Source: an uncultured Spirochaetota bacterium | GTDB taxonomy: Bacteria > Spirochaetota > Spirochaetia > SZUA-6 > Fen-1364 | DNA length: 64,000 bases | Reading direction: 5' to 3' | Assembly (NCBI GenBank): GCA_963734545.1 | Contig: CAVTHO010000004.1 | Coordinates: 416,001 to 480,000 of the forward strand | In this document: in pieces, positions 18,577-28,530 of the stretch | Layout: each line of letters opens with the position of its first letter | Position numbering within the stretch: position 1 is the first letter of the stretch | Notes under the pieces: generated by a model | Seen by the model: only the letters and a program-made list of their open reading frames with translations | What the model was told of the DNA's origin: nothing | Databases searched by the model: none | Made by a program: the position numbers and the translations under genes

Positions 18577-19170
18577 ATGAGAAAACTTATCGTAGCGGAG
18601 TTTATCACGCTGGACGGTGTCATCCAGGCGCCCGGCGGCGCGAAAGAGGATACGGACGGCGGCTTCGCGCACGGCGGCTGGACTCATCCGTACTGGCACG
18701 ATGACATCGGCGCGCACTTCTTTGAGGCTTTCGCGCAGGCGGACGCGCTCCTGCTTGGACGGAAGACATGGCAGATCCACGGCGGTGCATTCGAGCCCAT
18801 GGCGGCCGGTGATCCGTTCGGCGACGCGATGAATGGGACCCAGAAATACGTGGTCTCCACGACGCTGAAATCCGCGGCGGCGTGGCGGAACTCGACCCTC
18901 ATCAGCGGCCAGGTGGTGGAGAAAGTGCGCAAGCTGAAGGAGCAGGCAGGGAAGGATATTCTCATCGATGGCAGCAGCGTGCTTTTGCACACGCTCATCG
19001 AGAACGACCTGGTCGACACATACCTCCTGCACGTGTATCCGCTGGTGTTGGGCGGCGGCAAGCGGTTGTTCCCGGAGGGGAAGCGTCTCAACCTGAAACT
19101 CAACAAATCCATCACGCTTCCCACGGGTGTCATCTTTCAACAGTACGAGTCAGTCCCGTCTGGCAAATGA
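18577..19170 (+). CDS. dihydrofolate reductase/RibD C-terminal family protein
   Basis: MRKLIV..FITLDGV, LLGRKT, PLVLGGGKRLF. Confidence 0.93.
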   Translation: MRKLIVAEFITLDGVIQAPGGAKEDTDGGFAHGGWTHPYWHDDIGAHFFEAFAQADALLLGRKTWQIHGGAFEPMAAGDPFGDAMNGTQKYVVSTTLKSAAAWRNSTLISGQVVEKVRKLKEQAGKDILIDGSSVLLHTLIENDLVDTYLLHVYPLVLGGGKRLFPEGKRLNLKLNKSITLPTGVIFQQYESVPSGK

Positions 19171-19261
19171 GAGAATGAGCTTGTCGGCGGGCGGCTGATT
19201 TCTGGAGTGGAGCGCGCTTCGGTGGCTGCGGGAAGACCTCCTGCAGCCACCGTGCCCCCGC

Positions 19262-21598
19262 TCAGATCATGCGGGCCGCGGACGCGACGACCGCCTTGGC
19301 CCACCGCGCAACGGTCTTGCCCTCCAGGACCGGACCCCAGTCCGCAGAAGCCTTCTTCAGCCAGGCGCGGCTCTTCTTTACGGTGGAGAACCATGTTTCG
19401 CGCGCATCGGCGAACCTCGCCTCAAGCAGCGCAAGAACAAGGGCGGTATGCAGCACTCGAAGGGCTTCCGCTGGGTCACCGGGAGCGCTCGCCGCTGCTC
19501 TTGCGATTGCTGATGAGCTGATTCCAAAACGTTTGAGATCACCCGTCGCGAGATCGAATCCGCCGTCCACGCGCTGGAGTGAAAGGACGAACATGAGAAG
19601 GTCGGTGTCTGTCTCACGTCGCCGGGCTGCTCTCGTCAAACCGAGAGACTGTGGTTTGGAGGCAGGGCCGAGCCCCCCAAGAAAGCCGGGCATGCCTCGA
19701 ACCACGGGCCGGGACCCAGTCGGCGTGTAGAGACCAAGGGTCCGGATTCCCGCGCGCCCGAGAGCAGTGCCCATCCCATGCCAACCCACTGTGACCAGCA
19801 CGGGCACCTTGCGGAGGAGCAACTCCCCGGTCTGCCGGTCCTTTTCCTCGCGTTCCTCGATTGCGATCCAGCTTGTCAGGCTGCAGGAGAGGCCGAACTC
19901 CCGGGCCAGGGCGATGACTTCCTGCTTCCACGTCTCCGCCTTTGGGCGGGCCTGGCGGGACCCGCGGCCGCCTGCCAGGTGGGCCTCCTCCAGGCCGCGG
20001 ATCCGCTCCCGGGCCCACAGCGTGGGAATCGGAAGCTGGCCCGAGCCCGCCTCCACAACGGGCAACTGCCAGGCCTGCGCCTTGCCTTCGATTTCCGCTT
20101 TCACCGTGACGCCAGAAGGCGCCGCACCCTGCGGAACCCGGGCCCACGTGCTCATCGGTTCCCCCAGCAGGAGAATGGGCTCCAGCGGAGCCTGCTCGGC
20201 GGCACCGCCCCAATCGACCTGGAGTTTCGAGATCCTTGAGGATACGGCCTGGCGGAAGAGGGAGAGGACGCGGGGCTCGATGCGCTCGCCGGGGAAGATG
20301 AACGCGGCGGCGCCCCCGCCGGCCCGGGCGAGGCCGCGCACAAGGTGATCGTTCGGGCCGGCGCCAATGCCCACGCAGAAGAACCGGGTGCCGGCCGCGT
20401 GGAAACGAACGAGCTCCATCACCTCCGCCTCGTTGCCCACCTCGCCGTCGGTGAGAAGCAGCATGCTGCGGCTGACGCCCTTGGGCACCGCGGCCCCGTA
20501 CACGTGCTGAAGCGGCTGCAGGACCTCGGTGCCGCCGAGATCCGCGTCCACCGCTCGCAGCCACCCCAGCGCCTCGCCGAGAGTTTTCTCGCCGTACTCC
20601 CGCGGCTGCGGGAACAGGGACTGGAAGGTGTCCCCGAACCGCACCACGTTGAACCGCGAGCCATTTTCCATGGCTCGCAGGCAGACCTCCAGGGCGCTCC
20701 TGGCCTGGCTGATGGAATCGCCCTGCATGGAGCCCGAGCAGTCCAGGACGAAGATCACCTCGCGGACGCTGTCGCGGGAACTGGGAGCGGATGCGCTCTC
20801 CGGCTCATCGGCTTCATCCAGGGCCATGTCCAGTTGCAGCCACGTGCCGCGCTCATCGACAGAACGCCACACCCGCCCGACGGCCTCCCTGGCGCGCTGG
20901 GTAACGGTGAGCACGAAATCGCGATCCATGCGGGCTACATCCGATGCGAAGCGGACCGTGAGCTCATCGCCATTGCCCTGCCCCATGGTGATGTTGATCG
21001 GGTGACTGGGCGATTCCACCGACTCCACGCACGAGGCGCCCCGCACGGCGATCTCCACGGAAAGGCCGTAGGGCACGGAAGCCGCGTACTCGGGGTGAAT
21101 GCGGTCGGAGGCGGGAATGCCTTCCTCGTCTGGTGTGTCCACGGGAAGGTAGCGCGGGGAGATGGTGGTGGGAAGGGAGAAGCGCACCTCACGGCCCTGC
21201 TGGTCAAGGAGCGCCACGTACTCGATCTCCACGACGGCCTCGGCGCCGGCGGGCAGACTGCCGACGGAAAGCGTGAAGATGTTCGGCCGTTCCTGGTCAA
21301 GGAGGAAGGCGCCATCCCCTCGCGCCAGGGCATCGTCGTAGAGCTCGAAGGCTTTGTCCCGTTCCTCCACGGAACCGCTGATCCTGCGGCCGCCGGCAAT
21401 GGCCGCGAAGCCGCATACCGCGGCGGACTCCGGCAGGGGGAAGCGGTAGACGGCCTCCAGGGCGCCGGCCTCCTCGTTCCTGAATCTCTGGGCCACCTTC
21501 ACGCGGGCACCCCGGCCCAGGATGCTGCCGCTCACGCAGACCCCCTGCAAAGGAACGGGGTTGGTCCCGTTGGAAATCAAGCCGAACACGTCACTCAT
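19262..21598 (-). CDS. VIT and vWA domain protein
   Basis: N-terminal VIT (EAVYRFPLP..AAV), MIDAS DCSGS, LGGTE, LLTDGEV. Confidence 0.9.
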   Translation of the reverse strand: MSDVFGLISNGTNPVPLQGVCVSGSILGRGARVKVAQRFRNEEAGALEAVYRFPLPESAAVCGFAAIAGGRRISGSVEERDKAFELYDDALARGDGAFLLDQERPNIFTLSVGSLPAGAEAVVEIEYVALLDQQGREVRFSLPTTISPRYLPVDTPDEEGIPASDRIHPEYAASVPYGLSVEIAVRGASCVESVESPSHPINITMGQGNGDELTVRFASDVARMDRDFVLTVTQRAREAVGRVWRSVDERGTWLQLDMALDEADEPESASAPSSRDSVREVIFVLDCSGSMQGDSISQARSALEVCLRAMENGSRFNVVRFGDTFQSLFPQPREYGEKTLGEALGWLRAVDADLGGTEVLQPLQHVYGAAVPKGVSRSMLLLTDGEVGNEAEVMELVRFHAAGTRFFCVGIGAGPNDHLVRGLARAGGGAAAFIFPGERIEPRVLSLFRQAVSSRISKLQVDWGGAAEQAPLEPILLLGEPMSTWARVPQGAAPSGVTVKAEIEGKAQAWQLPVVEAGSGQLPIPTLWARERIRGLEEAHLAGGRGSRQARPKAETWKQEVIALAREFGLSCSLTSWIAIEEREEKDRQTGELLLRKVPVLVTVGWHGMGTALGRAGIRTLGLYTPTGSRPVVRGMPGFLGGLGPASKPQSLGLTRAARRRETDTDLLMFVLSLQRVDGGFDLATGDLKRFGISSSAIARAAASAPGDPAEALRVLHTALVLALLEARFADARETWFSTVKKSRAWLKKASADWGPVLEGKTVARWAKAVVASAARMI

Positions 21599-22073
21599 TC
21601 GATCCTCCTTCTTTTTGGATGATTGACCGCAGCGATTTCAGCGCGGCCACCGTGCCGGGACCAAGCCGCCGCTCCGCTTCCGCGGAGATGTGAAGCTCCA
21701 CGCCCGGCGCCAGGGCGATCCTGCTCCAGAGGGCGCGCGGATACTGCGTGCCCGAAAGCGCTGGCGCTGCAGGCCATTCGGCCTCGGGCCCGCGGATCTC
21801 CGCAACAGGGGGACTGCCGCTCCCCGACACCTCGCGTTTCCCCAATTTCTCCGCGCCTGCCAGCAGGCCCCGGATGGCTTCCAGGCGATACCCTCGCTCC
21901 TGCAGCTCCCTGATCCTGGCGAGTTGCCTCACGTGCACCTCGGAGTAGTAGCCGCCCCGGCCGCGAGCGGCCGGAGGGTTCACAAGCCCCTCCTGCACGT
22001 AGTAGCGGACGGTTCTTCGCGAGAACCCGGAAAGCCTGCACAGCTCATCGATCAGGTACTGGCCTTGGTCCAT
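21591..22073 (-). CDS. MerR-type HTH regulator
   Basis: IDELCRLSGFSRRTVRYYVQEGL...Y; C-terminal WSRIALAPGVELHI; overlaps VIT-vWA start. Confidence 0.88.
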   Translation of the reverse strand: MDQGQYLIDELCRLSGFSRRTVRYYVQEGLVNPPAARGRGGYYSEVHVRQLARIRELQERGYRLEAIRGLLAGAEKLGKREVSGSGSPPVAEIRGPEAEWPAAPALSGTQYPRALWSRIALAPGVELHISAEAERRLGPGTVAALKSLRSIIQKEGGSNE

Positions 22074-22108
22074 GCCATTATAATAACACTTAAACTGTCA
22101 TTATTCAA
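22074..22108 (-). promoter_or_regulatory. sigma70-type promoter, leaderless
   Basis: TTGAAT-17 bp-TATTAT-6 nt-ATG in an AT-rich patch. Confidence 0.7.
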
Positions 22109-22271
22109 GTGTCTTTATGTTTATTTAAATTCGGAACGGTGATAAGGCGAAAAGGAGGCAAACGCCCCCTCGCCCCCGGGTGCAAAAAGGGGCGCGCTTC
22201 CGAGGGTTCCGCTTCCGCGCAAAATTGGATACACCAAAAGGACATTCCGCACGTCGATATGACTGAACGTC

Positions 22272-22829
22272 ATGGAGAACCAACTTGTGATGCATGCTAG
22301 CGATGCGCACCGCCTTCGCGTTGAGCAGGCCTACAGGAGCGAGAAACCGCGCTTCCTGGCCCGGCTGCGCGCCGCCGGGCGCACCCTGGAGGAAGCGGAG
22401 GATATCATCCATGACGTGTACGCTGAGACCATGGAGCGGCTGCACCTGGTCCCCGACATCCGCAACCTGCCCGCCTGGATCAATTCGCTGTTTTCACGGC
22501 GATTGATAGACAACTGGCGGCACCAGCGGGTGAAGGAAGCGTCGGGTGAAACCGACGTGACCGAGGAGACGCTGCGGGAGATCATCGCCGGCGCCGGCTT
22601 TGATCCCCAGGACGGGTTCGTGCGGGAAAGCCTGATGGATGCAGTGAATGACGCCATGAGCGTGCTCCCCCCGGCCCAGCGCAAAGTGGTGGAGGCACAG
22701 GTCTTCGGCGGCAAGAGTTTCCGGGAGATCGCGGAGGCAACGGGGGAAAGCATAGACACGCTGACAGCGCGAAAGCGCTACGCGTTGCGCAACCTCTCCC
22801 GGGCCCTGCGGCACTGGATCGACGAATGA
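22272..22829 (+). CDS. ECF family RNA polymerase sigma factor
   Basis: EAEDIIHDV region 2; LPPAQRKVV...SFREIAE region 4. Confidence 0.9.
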   Translation: MENQLVMHASDAHRLRVEQAYRSEKPRFLARLRAAGRTLEEAEDIIHDVYAETMERLHLVPDIRNLPAWINSLFSRRLIDNWRHQRVKEASGETDVTEETLREIIAGAGFDPQDGFVRESLMDAVNDAMSVLPPAQRKVVEAQVFGGKSFREIAEATGESIDTLTARKRYALRNLSRALRHWIDE

Positions 22830-22852
22830 GCGAACAACAAAGGAGGAATGAT

Positions 22853-23266
22853 ATGTCTGATCAGGAGAAAACAAGCGGCACGGCGGCCGAGCAGGAACAG
22901 TCCCATTTCGAACAGACGGAGCACAAGGACAGCATGGATGCCTGGTGGGAAAAGCGCACCATCCCCCAGAAAGTCCTCACGGTGATCGGGTTCATCATCC
23001 TTGGCGCGGGCCTGCTCTTCCTCTTCGGCTGGGTGGTGATGCTCCTGTGGAACTGGCTGATGCCGGAGATCTTCGGGCTGAAGACGCTCACCTACTGGCA
23101 GGCCTGGGGCGTGCTTGCCCTGAGCTGCATCCTCTTCGGCAGGATTGGCGGCGGGTGCGGAGGAAAAGGCAGCAGCGACCGGAAGCGGAAGCGCAAGCTG
23201 CGCAGCTACATCAGCGAGCAGATCAAGGAAGATGAGGAAAAGAAAGCGAAAGCCGCCAAGGAATGA
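22853..23266 (+). CDS. membrane protein (ECF-associated)
   Basis: VVMLLWNWLMPEIFGL..LTYWQAWG; AGGAGG SD. Confidence 0.8.
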   Translation: MSDQEKTSGTAAEQEQSHFEQTEHKDSMDAWWEKRTIPQKVLTVIGFIILGAGLLFLFGWVVMLLWNWLMPEIFGLKTLTYWQAWGVLALSCILFGRIGGGCGGKGSSDRKRKRKLRSYISEQIKEDEEKKAKAAKE

Positions 23267-23294
23267 GCCGGACTCGATGTAGCCGGCGTCCAGG

Positions 23295-23321
23295 GCCCGG
23301 ACGGGATATTCCCGTCCGGGC
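23295..23321. terminator. perfect 12-bp stem-loop (possible terminator/processing hairpin; no U-tract)
   Basis: GCCCGGACGGGA-TAT-TCCCGTCCGGGC. Confidence 0.5.
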
Positions 23322-23359
23322 ATCATAAATACTTCTTGATAATACACGGAGGCATGGAA

Positions 23360-23812
23360 ATGTCAGATAGCGCTGGAAGTCTGTCTCAAGCAAAAACCGC
23401 CCGCAAGCTGGACATGAAGACCAAGCTTTCGACTTTGTGGATATTCGCGATGCTCAATTACCTGTATGCGGACATCATGACGCTCATGGATCCCGAGGCC
23501 CAGAAAATCATGCAGTCGGGATCCGTTGGCCCCCTGCAGATCAACCAGGGATTCCTCCTTGGCGCCGCGGTGCTTATGGAGACGGCGATAGCCATGGTTC
23601 TCCTGTCCAGAGTATTGAAATATCGGGCCAACCGTTGGGCGAATGTCATAGCGGGAATCATACACACGGCAGCAATGTCATTGTCCCTGCTGACATCCAC
23701 ACCGGCTCCCTACTACATCTTCTTCGCCGCCATGGAGATCCCCTGCACGCTGTTCATTATCTGGCTCGCCCTGAGGTGGAAGCCGGACGCTGTGCCTGCG
23801 GCAGCGGCCTGA
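23360..23812 (+). CDS. DUF6326-like membrane protein
   Basis: KLSTLWIFAMLNYLYADI...NRWANVI. Confidence 0.75.
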   Translation: MSDSAGSLSQAKTARKLDMKTKLSTLWIFAMLNYLYADIMTLMDPEAQKIMQSGSVGPLQINQGFLLGAAVLMETAIAMVLLSRVLKYRANRWANVIAGIIHTAAMSLSLLTSTPAPYYIFFAAMEIPCTLFIIWLALRWKPDAVPAAAA

Positions 23813-23821
23813 GGAGGATGT

Positions 23822-24304
23822 ATGAGCGTGAAATCCCTCGTCATCGTGTACTCCTGTCATCATGGCAATACGGCCAGAATAGCCCGCTCAATGGCGGAGG
23901 CCCTGGGCGCGGAGGTGAAAACCCCGGGTGGTGTCCGCCCCGAAGAGCTCCGGGAATATGAGCTGGTGGGCTTCGGCTCCGGGATCGACAGCGGCAGGCA
24001 CTACAGGCCTCTCCTTGATCTTGCCGATGCGCTGCCGCACGCCGCGGGCAGGAGGGCGTTCATCTTTTCCACCTGCGGGGTTCCGGCCTCCATCTCCGGG
24101 GAGAAATTCATCAAGAACTACGCCGAAGAAAGCCACGCGGCTCTCCGGAAGAAGCTGATGTCCAAGGGCTACACGGTTGCCGGGGAGTTCAACTGCGCAG
24201 GATTCAATACGAACAGCTTCCTCAAGTATTTCGGCGGCGTGAACAAGGGCAGGCCGGATGCCGGGGACCTCGAGCATGCCGCGGCATTCGCGCGGAACTT
24301 GTAG
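23822..24304 (+). CDS. flavodoxin family protein
   Basis: YSCHHGNT FMN loop, GFGSGI, GRPD. Confidence 0.9.
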   Translation: MSVKSLVIVYSCHHGNTARIARSMAEALGAEVKTPGGVRPEELREYELVGFGSGIDSGRHYRPLLDLADALPHAAGRRAFIFSTCGVPASISGEKFIKNYAEESHAALRKKLMSKGYTVAGEFNCAGFNTNSFLKYFGGVNKGRPDAGDLEHAAAFARNL

Positions 24305-24376
24305 GCGCCTGGCTCGACGCCGATCACCATGGTCACGCTGCTCATGAAGGCCTTGAACCGGGTGTGGACGTTTCAG

Positions 24377-24721
24377 CTACTGGATCAAGGCTATTATGCG
24401 CGCCTGGATCTCTCTGACCAGCGGCACGGACAGCGCAGCCGCAAGGGTTGCGTTTCGGGCCTTCCAGTCAAAGCTTTTCACCTGGTCGCACAACACTGCT
24501 CCCGAGATTCCAATATCAAGAGGTAGCGCGACCTCGAACGGATACCCCTTCACCCGGCTGGTGATGGGGCAGCAGAGGCACAGCCCGACTTTCGCGTTGT
24601 ACTCCTTGGGCGAGACGATCACGGCTGGCCGGCGCCCCGATTGCTCGTGCCCTGCCTGCGGCGTGAACTGCAGCCACACGATGTCTCCGCGCGCAGGTGC
24701 ATACGGGGAACCTTTCACCAA
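24377..24721 (-). CDS. mazF: MazF/ChpA endoribonuclease toxin
   Basis: RGDIVWLQFTPQAGHEQSGRRPA, CPITS, DQVKSFDW. Confidence 0.95.
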   Translation of the reverse strand: MVKGSPYAPARGDIVWLQFTPQAGHEQSGRRPAVIVSPKEYNAKVGLCLCCPITSRVKGYPFEVALPLDIGISGAVLCDQVKSFDWKARNATLAAALSVPLVREIQARIIALIQ

Positions 24722-24957
24722 CTCTCCTTCCCGACGGGATGGCCGCTTTCGATCTCGACATGAATGTTGGCAGCCGTCACCTTCGAAAGGAGTTGCCGAA
24801 TGGAGAAAGCCTTCTTGCGGAGCGGGCTGATGACGATGTTTCCGTCCTTGCTGGTGATTTCGACTTCAGAGTCTTCTCCCACAGCGGACTCCTGCGCCAC
24901 TGCCTTCGGGATCCTGATCCCCAGGCTGTTCCCCCATTTCTGCACCCTGGCCCTCAT
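24715..24957 (-). CDS. mazE: MazE/AbrB antitoxin
   Basis: VQKWGNSLGIRIPK...PVGKESW; overlaps mazF start. Confidence 0.93.
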   Translation of the reverse strand: MRARVQKWGNSLGIRIPKAVAQESAVGEDSEVEITSKDGNIVISPLRKKAFSIRQLLSKVTAANIHVEIESGHPVGKESW

Positions 24958-25091
24958 GCCCGGCACCCCCTGTTTATACATAGTATATCCCTTCACGCTG
25001 GAAAAGCGCAAGGAAAGGCAGGGGTCAGCGCCTGTCGTCCAGAACGCCCTTTCGCTCTGCAAGATGCCGGCCCGACCAATCGACCGGCCGC

Positions 25092-25982
25092 TTATGGCGA
25101 TTTGACAGCCCCGCTCGCGGAGCAGGTGTAGGGCCGTCTCACCATCTGAGCCTTGTCCAGGCTCTCGTGCACGTACATGTCCATAGTGATTGACGTGGAA
25201 CTGTGTCCGAGGTATTTCGATACGGCCTTTATGGATGCCCCCTCGCGGATAGCCAGCGTGGCAAAGCTGTGGCGCATGCTGTGAGCCGAGATCCGGCGCT
25301 TGAGGATTCGCTTCCCGGCCTTGATGATTTCGTAGCTCACGTAGGTTGTACGGAACGGCTTGCCCCCCCTGGTTCGAAAGAGATACGTATCTGATGGAAA
25401 AACCGCCCGAATCGCTTCAAAGAGGGACTTCTCGATATCGACCTTCCGCTCTTTGTTTCCCTTTCCGGTGATTGTCAGCCGGACCATGTCCCCCAGGTCC
25501 TCGCACCTGTCCAGTCGAGCGCCGCACATCTCCGCGACGCGGCATCCCGTGTTGTACAGAAACCAGAGGAACAAAGAAGTTCGCTTCGAAGTACCTGCTA
25601 CCAGGCGGTCAAACTGATCCCGCATGACAACCCGGTCTTCCGAGACCCCTGACATGACAATCCCTGGGGCCCTGGTTTCGCTGTCATGGTCGAGAGATCG
25701 GAGCGCCATATCGAGCTGAGCCTGGCGGTTGAAATCCATGCTGGCCAGCGCGACGCGCAGCCGCGCCTTCACCGCCTGGCGCCGCACGCACTTGGTACGG
25801 GCGGCCAGTGGAAGGGAGTTGAGGTGCGTGAAGTATGCGCGCACCGCCGAAAGGTTCAGCGTGAGGTGATTGATCTCGAGGTAGCGCATGAACGGCGCGA
25901 TGTGGCTGGAGTAGTTGTCATTGACCGACAGAAACCGTGAGAGAATGACATCCTCGGACAAGGGATCGCTCAACGAGCTCAG
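25092..25982 (-). CDS. tyrosine recombinase/integrase (copy 1); start uncertain (CTG at 25982 or TTG at 25973)
   Basis: TGCRVAE, GKG, HSMRH, LGH, MY catalytic residues intact. Confidence 0.9.
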   Translation of the reverse strand: MSSLSDPLSEDVILSRFLSVNDNYSSHIAPFMRYLEINHLTLNLSAVRAYFTHLNSLPLAARTKCVRRQAVKARLRVALASMDFNRQAQLDMALRSLDHDSETRAPGIVMSGVSEDRVVMRDQFDRLVAGTSKRTSLFLWFLYNTGCRVAEMCGARLDRCEDLGDMVRLTITGKGNKERKVDIEKSLFEAIRAVFPSDTYLFRTRGGKPFRTTYVSYEIIKAGKRILKRRISAHSMRHSFATLAIREGASIKAVSKYLGHSSTSITMDMYVHESLDKAQMVRRPYTCSASGAVKSP

Positions 25983-26098
25983 GCGAGGCCTCCATGAAGG
26001 AAGTACGGCCTCAATGTCGCGCGAATTGTGCCCGTTATCATTGCGTATGCCAATTCGCCAGAGGGGCATGCCTTCGCCGAACAGCTCACGCACTCCGT

Positions 26099-26377
26099 CC
26101 ACGAAAATCGCGCGTGTTCGTGATCGTCAGTCGTCAGGTCCTGGTCGACTCACTGTTCTCTTCAGTCATTTGCGCGCCGATCTACTCGGCATATGATGGC
26201 CTGTCCACCCAGGTATCGATCGGTGCAGATGAGGGTCTCAAGCACCAGGGTTCCGTTCACTGCGACGAACTGGTAAGCATAAGAAAGTCCGCCTTGACTG
26301 ATTTCGTGGGCCGCTTGAGCGCCGCCAAGACCGGCGAGCTTGACGATGCCCTGGCGATAGCCTCGCGAATCGATTAG
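26099..26377 (+). pseudogene. PemK/MazF family toxin, 5' truncated, no antitoxin
   Basis: [13 protein letters not shown]...VICAPIY...CDELVSI; the N-terminal RG motif and start are missing. Confidence 0.75.
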
Positions 26378-26436
26378 GAGCCCCTATGCGTGCCATCACC
26401 GCCACGCGCCAGAGAAGGGCGTGGACGCTCGGCGAT

Positions 26437-26483
26437 AGTCTCATATACTGGACTATTCCGAGCAAGTCCAATATACTGGACTC
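26437..26483 (+). promoter_or_regulatory. two tandem palindromic operators overlapping a leaderless promoter
   Basis: AGTCTC-ATATAC-TGGACT (26437-26454) and AGTCCA-ATATAC-TGGACT (26465-26482); TATACT-6 nt-ATG. Confidence 0.75.
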
Positions 26484-26960
26484 ATGAACCTCCACGGAGT
26501 CGGTGTCCTTGTGGCGGAGCGGCGGCGAGCGCAGGGCCTCACCTTGCAGGCGCTCGCGACGGAGGCCCACGTAGGGCGATCCACACTTGCGGCATTCGAG
26601 GCGGGAAAGCTCGGGGAACTCGGCTACGGCAAGGTCGCTCGAATCTGCGCCGCTGTAGGTCTGGTGCTGGAAGCGCGGCCCCTGGCCCTTGAGCGGCCCC
26701 TTGCACGCCACCGTCATCTCACAGACCCTGCTGCCAGGGAATTGACCAAGGCTGCGATGGAGGACATCGTCGTCAGGGGTGACATCGACTCCTGGCGAGG
26801 GCTGGTACAGGCGGTGAGACGGGACGCCAGCGGCCGCTTGGCGCGACGGGCCCGCGATGTCCTGGCTGGGGCAGACAGATCAGACCCGCGGGTCAGCGCA
26901 TTCTCGACACTTCTTTCCGGCGCGCTTCGGTCGCGAAGGAGCGTCACCAACCATGGCTGA
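26484..26960 (+). CDS. XRE-family HTH protein (putative antitoxin)
   Basis: RRRAQGLTLQALATEAHVGRSTLAAFEAG HTH; overlaps next gene. Confidence 0.85.
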   Translation: MNLHGVGVLVAERRRAQGLTLQALATEAHVGRSTLAAFEAGKLGELGYGKVARICAAVGLVLEARPLALERPLARHRHLTDPAARELTKAAMEDIVVRGDIDSWRGLVQAVRRDASGRLARRARDVLAGADRSDPRVSAFSTLLSGALRSRRSVTNHG

Positions 26961-27654
26961 AGGCACGAAGTCCTACGACTGGGAGAAGCTGCTGGCGCAC
27001 GCGGCCATCCTCCAGGCCAAGGTACCGAGCGCCATCCTGGTGGGGGGCACCGCTGCTGCCCTGCATGCCGGACACCGCATCTCTTTCGATCACGACCATG
27101 TCCTCAAGGACCTCGCCGCGCACTATGACAAAGCCAATGCCGCGCTGGAATCGATCGCTGGCTGGAGGACGAAGCGCCGAATTCGCGGAAAGCTTGTGCT
27201 GGGCCAAATCGACGGAATCGACGCCGGGCTGAGGAACCAGAGGCGGTCGGCGCCGCTGGAGACAACCTTCATGAAAGCTCCCGGCGGCCGTAATCTCAAG
27301 ATACCCACGATTGAAGAGATGCTGCGGATAAAAGCCTTCCTGCTCGTGGAGCGCAACGCAACCCGCGACTACCTCGATGTGGCGGCGCTCTCCCACCACG
27401 TTGGCACGGCGAAGAGCGTCCTTGCGCTCGAAAGGATGAGGCAGCTGTACGCCGAGTTTGCGGGAGAAGTCGGCGACATCATGATTTCGATTCTCGTGAA
27501 GCTGGGCATGCCCGACCCGTACGACCTCACCGAGGTCGACCTCAACGAGTACAAGGGCATCATCGCTCCCTGGAACGACTGGAGCGCGGTGACGAAACAG
27601 TGCCGCTTGCTCGCGGTTGCGATGGTGAAGAAGGCGCCTCCACGTGCGAAGTAG
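26953..27654 (+). CDS. AbiEii/DUF1814-like nucleotidyltransferase (putative type IV TA toxin)
   Basis: LVGGTAAALH..HR.S.DHD and K...RNATRDYLD motifs. Confidence 0.8.
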   Translation: MAEGTKSYDWEKLLAHAAILQAKVPSAILVGGTAAALHAGHRISFDHDHVLKDLAAHYDKANAALESIAGWRTKRRIRGKLVLGQIDGIDAGLRNQRRSAPLETTFMKAPGGRNLKIPTIEEMLRIKAFLLVERNATRDYLDVAALSHHVGTAKSVLALERMRQLYAEFAGEVGDIMISILVKLGMPDPYDLTEVDLNEYKGIIAPWNDWSAVTKQCRLLAVAMVKKAPPRAK

Positions 27655-27761
27655 CCTGGCAGTACGGCGCCTTTGCTGATTGAGGGGTAGCTGCCCTGCC
27701 GCGAGTAGCTGCTCCGAGGCGCGCGTAGATGTTGGTCTCTTCATCCAGCCGTTAGGCGTGC

Positions 27762-27909
27762 CCCGCCCGAGGGCAAAGATACCGCGTGCCCAAGTGGGCG
27801 CGCCCGTGACGGCCCTCAGGCGGGTCGGGCTGCTACGGGCTCCGCTTCGCTTCGGTCCTCGGACCGCCACGGGGCTTCGCCCCGCAGCGCCCTGCGCATC
27901 CCTCACGCG
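27762..27909. repeat. structured palindromic element (REP/MITE-like or structured RNA)
   Basis: 13-bp inverted repeat 27762-27774/27812-27824 with an inner stem, followed by short hairpins (GGTCC-TC-GGACC, CGGGGC-TTC-GCCCCG). Confidence 0.5.
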
Positions 27910-28061
27910 CATGATGCGGTCAGGGTCTCTGCACACTTTTCGGCACAGCAATCTGCAACCAAGACGATATGACTTCCCTTTTCATGAACGCCCCGGTACC
28001 CCAACTTTCGGACAAGGGCGTCAACGACCTTGCGACCGCTGAGGTCATTGGGCAGCTTCAT
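27903..28061 (-). pseudogene. hicA: HicA toxin, C-terminally truncated
   Basis: MKLPNDLSGRKVVDAL...KGSHIVL, then unrelated sequence; ATGA-coupled to the upstream antitoxin. Confidence 0.75.
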
Positions 28062-28279
28062 GACACGCTGAAGACTTCGTCCCGAACGAGGTGGAGTCGA
28101 ATCCGTTCAGGAGGGGAACCATCAAAAAAGAAGGCTGAAACTGCCTCTTTTACGTTCGCTCTGAGCTCTTGCCAGGTGTCAGCTTCAGTGACGATGCTTT
28201 CGCTCAGACATTCCGCGACAAAGCCTCCGTCCTGATCTTGAATCACGTCGAACACAAGCTCGTTGATTCCGGGCTGCAT
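28058..28279 (-). CDS. hicB: HicB-like antitoxin
   Basis: DGGFVAECLSESIVTEADTWQELRANVKEAV. Confidence 0.8.
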   Translation of the reverse strand: MQPGINELVFDVIQDQDGGFVAECLSESIVTEADTWQELRANVKEAVSAFFFDGSPPERIRLHLVRDEVFSVS

Positions 28280-28530
28280 ATGCTCAATCCTACGGGGCAA
28301 TCCCGCTGTTTTCAAGACAAATCCACCTTCATGTCCATCGCCCGTGCAACGACGATAGATTTTCCACCGTATGCTACCGGCTGGTGTACATAGGCGCTTC
28401 ACCCTATTTGCTTCTCGGATTGCGGTCAGATTTGCAGCCATCAACCAGATGGTGCAAGGCAGAGAAACTTGCAGCTATTCTTGCGTCTATCGAAAAGGGT
28501 AAGAATTCGCCCGGCCGGCCGCGCTATCGA

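Noticed and set aside
24305-24376. Possible att site or second gene-end duplication at the island's left edge (reads VHTRFKAFMSSVTMVIGVE on the minus strand)
   Set aside because: It looks like a gene scrap, but I found no matching copy at the right edge or elsewhere in the window.
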